From an uncultured Chloroflexia bacterium (GTDB taxonomy: Bacteria > Chloroflexota > Dehalococcoidia > Dehalococcoidales > RBG-16-60-22): a stretch of DNA of 64,000 bases. The position numbers and the translations under genes are program-made. Shown here one piece after another: positions 1 through 9,959 of this stretch. Location: NCBI GenBank assembly GCA_963759785.1, contig CAVXAM010000006.1:18389-82388 (forward strand), read 5' to 3'. The stretch's first letter is position 1, and each line of letters opens with the position of its first letter. Under the pieces are notes generated by a model. That model was not told the DNA's origin. It worked only from the letters and a program-made list of their open reading frames with translations, and ran no database searches.

Positions 1-73
1 CCTGCGTGATAAAGATAGCATCGAGTTCTTTTTCAGCGAGTTTACTGCGAAGTTTATCCAAGCGATTGTTCAT
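1..73 (-). CDS. Xaa-Pro aminopeptidase (M24) family protein, N-terminal part (runs off window)
   Basis: Manual translation MNNRLDKLRSKLAEKELDAIFITQ resembles the creatinase/aminopeptidase P N-terminus; overlaps the xerC stop. Confidence 0.6.
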   Translation of the reverse strand, partial: MNNRLDKLRSKLAEKELDAIFITQ

Positions 74-971
74 TTTTGTTGCTTTCTCCTTGAGCTAAAG
101 GGTGGGCGGCGAGGTATATCTTCCGCGCCTGGCTTTGCGTGACGTGGGTGTAAATCTGGGTAGACGATAGGTCGGCGTGCCCTAATAATTCTTGCACCAC
201 TTTAAGGTCGGCCCCGCCGTCAAGCAGATGGGTAGCGAAAGTATGACGTAGCGTATGGGGATGGACGTGTTTATTTATGACCCGAGCATATTTGCTGATT
301 ATTTTCTGCGCCCGTCGGACTAATATCCGCTTCCCGTAACGGTTAACGAAAAGGGCGTTATTTTTCTTGCCGCCGAGTAAAATTTTTCTGCCGTCATTAA
401 TATAATTATTCAATGCCTGCGACGCCGGACCGCCGATTAAAACCACCCGTTCTTTAGCCCCTTTACCCCAGACGCGTATCTCGTTGGTCGCCAGGTTTAT
501 CTGTTCGACGTTCATATTCACCAGCTCGCTGACACGGAGTCCGGAAGCGTAAAGCAGCTCCATTAAAGCGCGGTCGCGCTGGCCCTGCGGACTCGACAGG
601 TCGGGGGCTTCGACCAGGCGCTTGGCTTCTTCAACCGTCAGGAAAACCGGTAAACGTTTATCCAGTCTAGGCGATACAGTGGTCGCGGCCGGATTTACGG
701 TGATTAATTCATCGCGCATCAGGTAACGGTAGAACGACCTGATTGCCGAAAGCCGGCGAGCGATACTGCTCTTAGCATATTTTTGTTCCATCAGATAAGC
801 CAGATAAGTACGCAGCGTTTGTTTATCTACCTTGCGTAACGTGTCCAGACCCTGGTCGCTGGCAAATTGGAAGAATTCCTGCAGGTCGTTGGTATAGTTA
901 CGCACCGTATAGGCAGAGACGTTTTTCTCCGCCTGAAGGTAAGCAATATACCGACCAAATACTCCCTGCAT
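54..971 (-). CDS. xerC: Tyrosine recombinase XerC/XerD family
   Basis: LYASGLRVSEL, GKGAKERVV, HPHTLRHTFATHLL, LLGHADLSSTQIY; downstream of dprA-topA. Confidence 0.9.
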   Translation of the reverse strand: MQGVFGRYIAYLQAEKNVSAYTVRNYTNDLQEFFQFASDQGLDTLRKVDKQTLRTYLAYLMEQKYAKSSIARRLSAIRSFYRYLMRDELITVNPAATTVSPRLDKRLPVFLTVEEAKRLVEAPDLSSPQGQRDRALMELLYASGLRVSELVNMNVEQINLATNEIRVWGKGAKERVVLIGGPASQALNNYINDGRKILLGGKKNNALFVNRYGKRILVRRAQKIISKYARVINKHVHPHTLRHTFATHLLDGGADLKVVQELLGHADLSSTQIYTHVTQSQARKIYLAAHPLAQGESNKNEQSLG

Positions 972-975
972 AAAA

Positions 976-3108
976 CTAGCTGCTTGTCATTTGTTTGTCT
1001 TCTGTAGTTTGGACGGAGGAGGATTCTGTATCTTCTAGCTTCCCTTTATAGTCGCATTTCATGCACCACGCCTGCTTGCCGTGCTGGGTGAGGAGTCCGT
1101 TACAATTCGGGCAGGGTTGGGGGAGGGGTTTAAAATTGGTGAGGAAGTTGCAGTCCGGGTAGCCCGTGCATCCGTAGAAGGTGCGACGTCGTTTATTGAC
1201 TCTCTGGATAAGCTCCTTACCGCATTCAGGACACTTCGCGCCTACCTTAATCTGGAACGACTGGGTGTATTTGCACTGCGGATAGCCGCTGCAGGCGATG
1301 AACTTTCCAAAGCGTCCGGTTTTAATTAACAATGGCTTACCACATTGAGGGCACATCTCGCCGGTCGGCTCATCGGCAAGTTTGACTTTTTCAGCGGTCT
1401 GTACCGCTTTTTCGTAATCTTTTTCGAAGGGCGTATAAAAATCCTGGATAACGTTTTGCCATTGGCGTTCGTTGTTGGCGATATCGTCCAGCTCTTTCTC
1501 CATTTCGGCGGTGAACTGAATATTAATGATATCCGGGAAGTGCTGCACCAGCAGGTCGTTAGTCACCATGCCAAGTTCAGTCGGTTTAAAGACACCCTTA
1601 TCCTTTTCTACGTAGCCACGTTCCTGGATAGTAGAAATTGTCGGCGCATAGGTGCTGGGGCGCCCGATACCATTTTGCTCCAGCGTTTTAACTAAAGTCG
1701 CTTCAGTATAGCGGGGCGGCGGCTGGGTAAAACGCTGTTTCGGGAAGACGCCAAGTAGATTTAGTACGTCGCCTTTTTCCAGTTTCGGCAGCGTAATTTT
1801 GCCTTCGTCTTCGGCTTCGTCTTTACTTTCGCTGTAAAGCGTCATAAAACCGGGGAAGGTGTTGACCGACACCGCGGTTCGCAATAAATACTGCTGGTGG
1901 TTCTTAGCCTCGATATCGACGGTCGTGTTTTCGAAGATTGCCGCCGCCATTTGGCTGGCCACCATACGCTTCCAGATAAGGTCGTAAAGCCGGTACTGCG
2001 CGTTATTAAGATACTTTTTTATAATTACCGGTTCACGTCTAATATGAGTCGGGCGGATGGCTTCGTGCGCTTCCTGTGCCCCTCTAGCGCGAGCGGTAAA
2101 GACACGCGGCTTTGGCGGCAAGTATTTTTCACCATAGGCTTCTCTAATATAGGCAATCGTTTCGGCTAAAGCCGAGGATGCGACATGCGTCGAATCGGTA
2201 CGCATATAGGTAATTAAACCAACGTTCCCCTCGTTGCCGATAGGCAAGCCTTCGTAAAGCTGCTGGGCTATCGCCATCGTCTGCTTGGCGCTGAAGCGTA
2301 GTTTACGCCAGGCTTCCTGCTGTAAAGTGCTGGTCGTGAAGGGCGGCGCCGGCTGCCGTCCAACATTTTTGCTGGCGATATTAAGCACGTCATAAGCCGC
2401 CTCTTTAAGGGCATCTTCTATCGCTTTAGATTCTACCTCATTATGGACGTCGAGCTTGGTGCCCTGTATCAAGCCCAGTAAAGTCGCTCGAAAAGAAGGA
2501 TTTTCTTCTTGCTTTTTTAGCTCGACTTCAATAACCCAGTATTCTACGGGCACAAACGCTATAATTTCACGTTCACGGTCGACGATTATTTTAACGGCTA
2601 CCGACTGCACTCGGCCGGCTGAAAGCCTCTTCCTGACCTTTTTCCAGAGTAAAGGACTGATTTTATAGCCGACCAGCCGGTCTAAAATACGCCGCGCCTG
2701 CTGGGCATTAACCAGCTGCATATCGATAGAGCGGGGATTCTGGAAGGCTTCTTTTACAGCTTCCTCGGTTATCTCGCGGAATACCACGCGTTTGTAAGAC
2801 TTATTTTCCTCCCTAGTGACTTCGGCGAGATGCCAGGCTATCGCTTCTCCTTCGCGGTCGGGGTCGGTAGCCAGATAGACGGTAGTGGCATTTTTCGTTG
2901 CTTCCTTAAGCTCATTAACCAGCTTGGTTTTAGCTTTCGGCACGACATATCGCGGCTTAAAGCCATTTTCGATATCGAGTCCCATCTGGCTGCGGGGGAG
3001 GTCTCGCACATGTCCCAGTGAGGCTTTAATGCTATAATCATTGCCCAGTATCTTGCTAAGTGTTCTAGTCTTCGCTGGCGACTCGACGATAACAAGGTTT
3101 TTCGTCAT
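976..3108 (-). CDS. topA: DNA topoisomerase I
   Basis: IVESPAK, ATDPDREGE, SAGRVQS, ITYMRTDS, C-terminal Zn ribbons. Confidence 0.98.
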   Translation of the reverse strand: MTKNLVIVESPAKTRTLSKILGNDYSIKASLGHVRDLPRSQMGLDIENGFKPRYVVPKAKTKLVNELKEATKNATTVYLATDPDREGEAIAWHLAEVTREENKSYKRVVFREITEEAVKEAFQNPRSIDMQLVNAQQARRILDRLVGYKISPLLWKKVRKRLSAGRVQSVAVKIIVDREREIIAFVPVEYWVIEVELKKQEENPSFRATLLGLIQGTKLDVHNEVESKAIEDALKEAAYDVLNIASKNVGRQPAPPFTTSTLQQEAWRKLRFSAKQTMAIAQQLYEGLPIGNEGNVGLITYMRTDSTHVASSALAETIAYIREAYGEKYLPPKPRVFTARARGAQEAHEAIRPTHIRREPVIIKKYLNNAQYRLYDLIWKRMVASQMAAAIFENTTVDIEAKNHQQYLLRTAVSVNTFPGFMTLYSESKDEAEDEGKITLPKLEKGDVLNLLGVFPKQRFTQPPPRYTEATLVKTLEQNGIGRPSTYAPTISTIQERGYVEKDKGVFKPTELGMVTNDLLVQHFPDIINIQFTAEMEKELDDIANNERQWQNVIQDFYTPFEKDYEKAVQTAEKVKLADEPTGEMCPQCGKPLLIKTGRFGKFIACSGYPQCKYTQSFQIKVGAKCPECGKELIQRVNKRRRTFYGCTGYPDCNFLTNFKPLPQPCPNCNGLLTQHGKQAWCMKCDYKGKLEDTESSSVQTTEDKQMTSS

Positions 3109-3113
3109 ATGTT

Positions 3114-4235
3114 TCAGTCAACTCTCACTTTATATTGCTGCCGCATTTCACGCGACAGTACGTAATTCATCGTCCCAACCTGCTTAACCAGTCCCTTCAG
3201 TTCCATCATGGCAAGGGTACTGCTGACGGTCGCCGCCGGTAAACCGCTCTTCTCACAGACCTCGTCAATATGAGATGGTTCGGCGCTAAGCTGTTTGATT
3301 AACAGTGATTCAGTTTCGGTTTCGGGGAGCATCTCCCGCATTTCCATCTGCCGGGCTACCGTAGTCAGATTTAGCTCTTCGAGAATGTCGGTATAGGTTC
3401 GCACCAGTTTGGCTTCTCCCATCTGAATCAGGCGGTTAGTTCCCCGGCTGGCGGGCGATAAAATACTACCGGGTATCGCAAAGACTTCTCGATTCTGTTC
3501 TAAAGCGTCGCGGGCGGTAATCATCGCGCCGCTGTCTTCATCGGCTTCGGTAACTAGTACGCCCAGACTTAAGCCGCTTAAAATCCGGTTGCGGCGCGGG
3601 AAGTTCTCGGCGCGGGGTTTGGTGCCAAGCGCGTATTCGCTGATAATAGCGCCGTGTTCTATAATCTCTCGCACCATTCTTTCATTTTCCGGAGGATATA
3701 TGATATCCAGTCCGCTGGCGAATACTGCCACCGTTCTGCCGCCGGCTTCAAGAGCACTCCGATGCGCGACGGTATCGATGCCTTTAGCCAAACCACTGAC
3801 AATGGTGATTTTATTACGGGCGAGGTCGGTCACTATTTCTTCGGTAATTTGCTTGCCGTAAACCGTCGCCCGCCGGGTGCCGACGACTGCCAGACACCAT
3901 TCATCTTCCGGCAATAATGCCCCTTTAATATAAATAACCGGCGGGTAATCATAAATCTCCTTAAGGCGTTTGGGATAATCCGGGTCTTTACAGGTAAGGA
4001 CCTGAAGATGATAACGTTCCACATTTTCCATTTCGGTATCGGGGGATATTTTATCACGCCATTGGTCGATGGCGCGTAAGACGGAGCTATCGAGTCCAGC
4101 TCTCTTAAGTTCGCCGAGGGGAGCCTTCCAGGCAAGCTCAAGATTTCCGAAATAGCTTTCGAGTTGACCCAGTCTTACCCGCCCGATGCCGGGGATATTG
4201 TTAAAACCCACCCAGTATTTCGTTTCAGTATTCAA
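3114..4235 (-). CDS. dprA: DNA-processing protein DprA
   Basis: VVGTRRAT, IVSGLAKGID, FPRRNRILSG. Start moved to TTG at 4235 because the longer ORF runs through tRNA-Ser. Confidence 0.95.
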   Translation of the reverse strand: MNTETKYWVGFNNIPGIGRVRLGQLESYFGNLELAWKAPLGELKRAGLDSSVLRAIDQWRDKISPDTEMENVERYHLQVLTCKDPDYPKRLKEIYDYPPVIYIKGALLPEDEWCLAVVGTRRATVYGKQITEEIVTDLARNKITIVSGLAKGIDTVAHRSALEAGGRTVAVFASGLDIIYPPENERMVREIIEHGAIISEYALGTKPRAENFPRRNRILSGLSLGVLVTEADEDSGAMITARDALEQNREVFAIPGSILSPASRGTNRLIQMGEAKLVRTYTDILEELNLTTVARQMEMREMLPETETESLLIKQLSAEPSHIDEVCEKSGLPAATVSSTLAMMELKGLVKQVGTMNYVLSREMRQQYKVRVD

Positions 4236-4294
4236 AGCAATTTTAATTCTAACACAGGGCAATGGGGATGACAAAGGAGAAGTAAATAAAAAAG

Positions 4295-4381
4295 CGGAGA
4301 GAGTGGGATTCGAACCCACGGTAGCCTGACGGCTACACACGCTCTCCAGGCGTGCCTGATCGGCCACTCCAGCATCTCTCC
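4295..4381 (-). tRNA. tRNA-Ser(GGA)
   Basis: Cloverleaf with long variable arm, anticodon arm CACGC-CTGGAGA-GCGTG, GGTTCGAATCC T-arm; CCA not encoded. Confidence 0.95.
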
Positions 4382-4417
4382 GTGGATATTTTATTGTAAC
4401 AGATTAATAGAGTAAAT

Positions 4418-4915
4418 TTACAGTTTTATTGACTTTTTACGTTTAAGCTCAAGTAAACGTTGACGCTGCCACTCAAATTCTTTAGCAACAGCGTTTTCAA
4501 CATCAGTGGATTTCACTGCTCGATAAACAGCTTGTAAAGCATAATTTGCCGCGCCGATAGAATGCGTTTGGACGTGCGCTGTTGCGACAGCCTGACCGGC
4601 GGCATGTGCTGCTGAACGAGCCGCATTATCTACTCCTACATCGCGAGCGGCTGCATGAGCCGAGAGTGAAGCCTTACGTATATCAGCCATTTTGAAAACG
4701 CCAGTATCAATCCAGGTATTGAGTGTCTCAATGGCTTTGCAAGGGCGATTATCTTCAGGGAACATTCGCTCAAAGTACGGTAAAATACGTTCAGTGCAAT
4801 CAATGGCCCAAATTGCTAATGTTTTGTGGTCGATGTCTTTTATAAGTGTCAAATATGCACTTTTGTAATTCGTAAGTGAAAATCTGGATTTCTTTTGTTG
4901 CGCATCTGATTTCAT
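4418..4915 (-). CDS. Putative immunity protein (Imm5-like helical family)
   Basis: LAIWAIDCTERILPYFE..P.D.RP..AI, ASLSAHAAAR, AARSAAHAAGQAVATAHV. Confidence 0.65.
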   Translation of the reverse strand: MKSDAQQKKSRFSLTNYKSAYLTLIKDIDHKTLAIWAIDCTERILPYFERMFPEDNRPCKAIETLNTWIDTGVFKMADIRKASLSAHAAARDVGVDNAARSAAHAAGQAVATAHVQTHSIGAANYALQAVYRAVKSTDVENAVAKEFEWQRQRLLELKRKKSIKL

Positions 4916-4926
4916 GTCAAATTAAT

Positions 4927-5016
4927 TGGCGGAGAGGGTGGGATTCGAACCCACGCTCCGCTTGCGCGAAGACCGCTTTTCGAGAGCGGCACCATGAACC
5001 ACTCGGACACCTCTCC
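4927..5016 (-). tRNA. tRNA-Ser(CGA)
   Basis: Anticodon arm CCGCT-CTCGAAA-AGCGG, long variable arm, encoded CCA. Confidence 0.95.
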
Positions 5017-5145
5017 ACAACTATCAAATTCTAACGGAAAACGTTACATAGAGCAAGGGATTTATTTTTAAAGTTAATATTTGAGTAACATTTAGCTATT
5101 AAAATTTTTAAAGAGAAATAAGAATAAACATAGAGAAGAGGTAGC

Positions 5146-5457
5146 ATGATGATTCACTGGCGGCAACCGAAATGCGTTAAACCTATCTGTAATTTAAACG
5201 AGGGTGAAAAAGGAAGAATCGTTCAAATACGCGGTAAAATCGTCGAACACCGTTATTTATCGTTACTTGGTATCGCCGTCGGTCGGAATATAACTATTGA
5301 TAGAGTTGTAACCACGCCACGTGAACGTATCATTACGCTGGCTGTCGGTGACATCAAATTCACGCTGGATAAATTTCTATCTCAAAATATCCAGGTGGAG
5401 GTGCCTTTAATCGCTGATACGAGCGAAGCTCATAGTCTGCCAAAAGTATACGCGTAG
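5146..5457 (+). CDS. FeoA-family (SH3-like) protein
   Basis: L.EGEKGRIVQI....RYLSLLGIAVG..I pattern; GAGG RBS. Confidence 0.7.
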   Translation: MMIHWRQPKCVKPICNLNEGEKGRIVQIRGKIVEHRYLSLLGIAVGRNITIDRVVTTPRERIITLAVGDIKFTLDKFLSQNIQVEVPLIADTSEAHSLPKVYA

Positions 5458-5461
5458 ATGC

Positions 5462-7888
5462 TTAGCTTATTTCCTGGACCGTAACCGCGGAATCTGTTTT
5501 GGCAACATATATCTCGATTTGCGCCGCCCGGGTAACGCTTCTGATATCTACCAGGCATGCTTTTAGCGTTTCGGCATAACTATCTTTTGCCGTCGAGATT
5601 TTTATTTTTTCCAGCTTCGAACCCATCGGCAGCTTTTTCTCCGATTTATAACGTCTTACGGCAGTTGCTATTTCGATTAACATATCACCGGTTCTTTCGG
5701 CGTTATCGTCTTCTAATTCTTTTCGCTCTTTGGGCCACTGGGTGGTATGTATCGAAGCTTCTTGATTATCCTTCTTAAAAACCAGCTGATAAATTTCCTC
5801 GGTGATAAAGGGGGTAATCGGCGCGAGCAGCTGAATTATCGTCGAGAGTACATTATATAAAGCGTACCGGGCGGATTCCCTTTCGGTCGAGCCGTCCGGG
5901 AAGTCATAGAGTCGGGTCTTGACCATCTCCATGTAGTTGTCCGTAAAAATATCCCAGAAAAACTCCTCAATGCGGTTTTTAGCGGAGGAGTGGTTATATT
6001 CCTCGAAGTCTTTAGTGACCTCCGGTATCAGCCGGTTTAGTTTCGAAAGAACCCATTTATCCACCGGTAACAACGTCGGGGTTGTTTTAGGAAGTTTATA
6101 ATTTTCCAGGAATTGATATGAAAAACTGGTGACGTTCCAAAGTTTATTGACCAGCTTATGTCCCGAGACGATTTTATCTTCGTTGATTATCGAATCCTCG
6201 CCGAGTTTCGAAGAAGCCGCCCAATAACGCACCGCGTCAGCGGAATAGGCATCCATCATTTCCTTTGGGTCGTCGGAGAAATTGCCCCGCGACTTACTTA
6301 CTTTATCACCTTCGGGCGATAATCCGTGACCGGAGATAGCGATATCGGACCAAGGCACTTTATTTTCATGGTAAATGGACTTAACGATGGTATAAAAAGC
6401 CCAGGTGCGGATGATGTCATGGGCTTGAGGGCGGATGGACATCGGGTAAACCTTTTTAAAGAGTTTGGGTTCGTCCAGCCACCGACCGGCAATTTGCGGC
6501 GTCATTGAGGATGTACCCCAGGTGTCTAATATGCTGGTTTCCGGTGTAAAGTCGGTGCCGCCGCAGGAACACGGCTTACTAGGCTTAATCCTATTCGGGT
6601 CCACTGGCAGCTCCGAGAGTTCGGCGAGATGCACCTTATCGCATTTAGTGCAGTACCAGACCGGGAAAGGTACGCCGTAGTAACGCTGGCGCGAGATACA
6701 CCAGTCCCACTCCAGGTTTTTCACCCAGTCTTCATAGCGGGCGTGCATATACGACGGATGCCACTTTATCTGGTTGCCGGCTTCGAGCAACCGCTCTTTC
6801 TGGTCGAGAACCTTGATGAACCACTGCTTGGTTTCCAGGTATTCTATCGGCGAGTCGCAGCGGTCATGGATGCTGACCGTCTGGCTGGTGACTTTTTTAT
6901 CCAGCACTAAGCCGTTGGCTTCCATCTCTTCGATAATACGCTTACGCGCTTGCTTAATATTCATTCCCGCCAAAAAGCCGCCCGCTTCGTTTAACTTACC
7001 GGCACGGTCGATAACGCTGATAAGGGGCAATTTATGTTCCCGCCACCACTTGATATCCGTCGTATCGCCGAAAGTACAGCACATCACGATGCCGGTGCCT
7101 TTTTCGGGGTCGGCTTTAGGGTCGCCGAGGATAGGCACTTCTTTTTTAAAGACCGGCGTTATCGCTTTCTTGCCGATGAGGTGTTTGTGCCGTTTATCGT
7201 CAGGATTTACAAATACCGCCACGCAGGCTGGCAATAATTCGGGTCGGGTGGTTGATATAGGAAGAACCTGTCCGTCGCTTAAGGTGAAGGCGACGGTGAT
7301 GAAGTTGGTTTCCCGTTCGAAGTCGGTCACCTCTGCCTGGGCTAGAGCTGTTTTACATGCTGGACACCAAATAGTAGGGGAGGAGGCGCGGTAAACCCGC
7401 CCCTTGTTATAAAGGTCGATAAAAGAATATTGAGCTACTTTGCGGACAGGCAGGCTAATGGTCGAATAGGTGTAGCGCCAATCCACGCTTAGACCGATAC
7501 GCCGCCAGAGCCGTTCGTAATCTTTTTCCAGCTGCTGGCTGGTTTCGGCGATGGCTTTAATAAAAGCTTCCGCGCCAATCTTTTCGGGAGAAATCCCCAT
7601 CCGCTCTTCCACCAGCCGCTCGGTAGGGAGTCCGTTATCGTCCCAGCCCATCGGGTAAAAGATATTCTTGCCGTTCATCCGCTGGAAGCGGATATAGAAA
7701 TCGGGGTGGCTGTAGGAATAACAGTGCCCGAGGTGTAAATCACCGGAAACAGTAGGGGGCGGGGTATCGACCGAATAGACCGGTCGGGTATCATCAGGGT
7801 TGAAATGATAAAAGCCTTTTTCCTCCCAGTACTGCTGCCACTTGGGTTCAGCACTGGCGCTTTCATAACGCTTGGGGATTGGACTCAT
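5462..7888 (-). CDS. valS: Valine--tRNA ligase (archaeal-type, short)
   Basis: DTPPPTVSGDLHLGH, GWDDNGLPTE, DWCISRQRYYG, RPQAHDIIRTW, KVSKS; ATG 7888 follows GAGGTG. Confidence 0.93.
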   Translation of the reverse strand: MSPIPKRYESASAEPKWQQYWEEKGFYHFNPDDTRPVYSVDTPPPTVSGDLHLGHCYSYSHPDFYIRFQRMNGKNIFYPMGWDDNGLPTERLVEERMGISPEKIGAEAFIKAIAETSQQLEKDYERLWRRIGLSVDWRYTYSTISLPVRKVAQYSFIDLYNKGRVYRASSPTIWCPACKTALAQAEVTDFERETNFITVAFTLSDGQVLPISTTRPELLPACVAVFVNPDDKRHKHLIGKKAITPVFKKEVPILGDPKADPEKGTGIVMCCTFGDTTDIKWWREHKLPLISVIDRAGKLNEAGGFLAGMNIKQARKRIIEEMEANGLVLDKKVTSQTVSIHDRCDSPIEYLETKQWFIKVLDQKERLLEAGNQIKWHPSYMHARYEDWVKNLEWDWCISRQRYYGVPFPVWYCTKCDKVHLAELSELPVDPNRIKPSKPCSCGGTDFTPETSILDTWGTSSMTPQIAGRWLDEPKLFKKVYPMSIRPQAHDIIRTWAFYTIVKSIYHENKVPWSDIAISGHGLSPEGDKVSKSRGNFSDDPKEMMDAYSADAVRYWAASSKLGEDSIINEDKIVSGHKLVNKLWNVTSFSYQFLENYKLPKTTPTLLPVDKWVLSKLNRLIPEVTKDFEEYNHSSAKNRIEEFFWDIFTDNYMEMVKTRLYDFPDGSTERESARYALYNVLSTIIQLLAPITPFITEEIYQLVFKKDNQEASIHTTQWPKERKELEDDNAERTGDMLIEIATAVRRYKSEKKLPMGSKLEKIKISTAKDSYAETLKACLVDIRSVTRAAQIEIYVAKTDSAVTVQEIS

Positions 7889-7974
7889 AAAACACCTCAA
7901 TTGACAAAAAACGTCGGGAACTAAGAAAAACTTATAATATTTTACACTAGAAATAGAATAATACTCAATATAAG

Positions 7975-8012
7975 AAAAAGGAGCCGGTCATTCTTAAGTG
8001 AACAACCGGCTC
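7975..8012 (-). terminator. Rho-independent terminator
   Basis: GAGCCGGT...ACCGGCTC stem followed by CTTTTT on the minus strand, downstream of 8082..9419. Confidence 0.6.
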
Positions 8013-8046
8013 GATACAATTGCAAATCACTAACGAATATTCTTTA

Positions 8047-8074
8047 ATGGATTCCAGCCTTCGCTGGAATGACA
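8047..8074. repeat. REP-like palindromic element (TGGATTCCAGCCTTCGCTGGAATGACA)
   Basis: ATTCCAGC-CTTC-GCTGGAAT hairpin with GACA foot. Confidence 0.55.
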
Positions 8075-8081
8075 ATTTTGA

Positions 8082-9419
8082 TTACTTCTTATAATATCCG
8101 TACTCCCTGACCGCCGCCATGATAGCCTGTAAGTTTTCGAGCTTCGGATTATCGGCAGTCGAGCCGGCGGAAAGAACAAAGCCACCGCCCTTGCCGACTT
8201 CCTGTATCAGCCTGCGGCAGTACTCTTTAACGTCCTTGGGGTCGCCGGTGACAATCATTGAAGACGGTATGTTGCCCATCAGGCAGTACTTCTTGCCGAG
8301 CACCTGTTTCGCTTTAAAGATATCCGTGCGGTCGAAATACCAGATTACTGAACCTTTCGGGAACTTATCAATATACTCCAGGCGGGTATTAAAGCTGCCT
8401 TCGGCGAACATACTCTGGATAAGACCCTCGTTAATCAATGCATCCATCACCTTTTTCAGCGATGGCCAGTAGAAGGTATCGAAAGACTTTTGCGACATCC
8501 AGCCGTCGGCGCCTTTATGCAGGGGATAGGTTACGGTAGTCATATTGGCGATACCGGGTGAATTTAAGATAGTGGCGATTTGGAAATCAGCCACGACGTC
8601 GAGGGCTTTAAGCAGTTTATCGGGACAGCGGAAGGTATCTTTCATAATGCCCGTCGTGCCCCTCAAAGTATCTCCGATGATGTCGAAAGGCGCTTTAGCG
8701 AAGGTGACGCCGCCCAGGCTAAAACCGCCAGCCATACTAATCATCCCGCCCATGGCTTTTTGATACTCTTTACCGACCTCTAATAATCTCTCCAGCATCG
8801 TCTGCACCGCCGGCGTCGCTAAAGGCATAAACTGCATAACATGGACGTTCTCGGTAATATTCGTGAATGGCTGGAACATCCGCATCGGTTCGAAAACGCC
8901 GAAGGCGCGTGGTAAATACGTACGAATCCAGAAATCGGAGGGGTCGCGTATGAGGTTGTCGTACTCACTCGCTTTCATATATTCCCCTTCGACGAACTGC
9001 CAGCTGGTACCGTCCTTAGCCAGACCATGTCCCGGCCAGGCATAGAGTTTGTAATCCAATAACTCTAAAACCTTCCCCGGCATCGCCCAGGGCATCGCGT
9101 TGGTTTCCAGTTCGGCGCCATATTTAGCATTGAATTTAGCAGCGGCTTCGTAAGCTTTTTCAGGATTGTACATCGCATCATACGAAGTTACGCCGAACAT
9201 TTTCAGCGCCAGATTACCTATCGGCACGTTGACTGGTACCCGGTCAGGTTCTCTAACGTTATAAACGTCCACCATGCGCTGCTGCCTGATTTTAAAGTCT
9301 TTTTCAGCTTCGGGGGTGGGGAATTTCATGGCACTGGTGTTAAGGATTTTATTGAGCCGCCATTGTCGTTTTTCTTCCGACGTCATCTGTGACCAATTTT
9401 CAGGAAAATTAGCTGGCAT
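8082..9419 (-). CDS. Uroporphyrinogen decarboxylase / MtaA-like TIM-barrel protein
   Basis: PDRVPV, APFDIIGDTLRG, FDTFYWPSLK, CLMGNIP, GGGFVLSAG, ENLQA. Confidence 0.8.
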   Translation of the reverse strand: MPANFPENWSQMTSEEKRQWRLNKILNTSAMKFPTPEAEKDFKIRQQRMVDVYNVREPDRVPVNVPIGNLALKMFGVTSYDAMYNPEKAYEAAAKFNAKYGAELETNAMPWAMPGKVLELLDYKLYAWPGHGLAKDGTSWQFVEGEYMKASEYDNLIRDPSDFWIRTYLPRAFGVFEPMRMFQPFTNITENVHVMQFMPLATPAVQTMLERLLEVGKEYQKAMGGMISMAGGFSLGGVTFAKAPFDIIGDTLRGTTGIMKDTFRCPDKLLKALDVVADFQIATILNSPGIANMTTVTYPLHKGADGWMSQKSFDTFYWPSLKKVMDALINEGLIQSMFAEGSFNTRLEYIDKFPKGSVIWYFDRTDIFKAKQVLGKKYCLMGNIPSSMIVTGDPKDVKEYCRRLIQEVGKGGGFVLSAGSTADNPKLENLQAIMAAVREYGYYKK

Positions 9420-9452
9420 TATCTTATCTCCTATCTTAAAATGATTAATTTG

Positions 9453-9959
9453 TTATTTATCTTTTTTCGGTAATGAAAGATTGGTGACATCCATTACCAG
9501 ATCGGGACGGAAGCCTTTATCCTTAGCGAAGTAAGGTTCTCTGGTCGGCGGTGAACCATCAGCCGGAGCCAGCATCATTTCAATTTGTATAATCGGGCGG
9601 TTAACCCTGGTTATTTCCATCGGACAATGGACTAAACCCGGCGGCAGATGAATAACGGTAGGCTTGGTGAAAACATGCTTTTCCAACTCCTTGCCCATGT
9701 AAAAAACAACCTCACCCCCAAAGTCATCCGGGTCATCCGGATTACTGCCGTACCAGGCTAAAACCTCATGAAAATTATGGGTATGGGCGGGATTATCGCC
9801 CTTAAAAGGCTTTCTGACGAATTGATGTCCCATGGTGAAATTATAATTGATGAGCTGGGGACTAATCCAAAGTCCGTCAAAAATAACGCTTTTGTCCGTT
9901 TTCAACTGCATGCGAAGATGAGGAGGATGGGTGATATATTTATCGTATTTTCCAGCCAT
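9453..9959 (-). CDS. Hypothetical cupin-like protein
   Basis: HTHNFHEVL and LPPGLVHCP cupin-type metal motifs. Confidence 0.65.
   Translation of the reverse strand: MAGKYDKYITHPPHLRMQLKTDKSVIFDGLWISPQLINYNFTMGHQFVRKPFKGDNPAHTHNFHEVLAWYGSNPDDPDDFGGEVVFYMGKELEKHVFTKPTVIHLPPGLVHCPMEITRVNRPIIQIEMMLAPADGSPPTREPYFAKDKGFRPDLVMDVTNLSLPKKDK

Noticed and set aside
54-971. Integrase of a mobile element
   Set aside because: Sits in the housekeeping dprA-topA-xerC order with no att or cargo context
4236-4367. N-terminal extension of the dprA ORF
   Set aside because: It is just the tRNA-Ser sequence read in frame; a promoter and TTG start lie downstream of it
7889-7975. T-box upstream of valS
   Set aside because: The leader is too short and has no GGTGGNACC T-box motif
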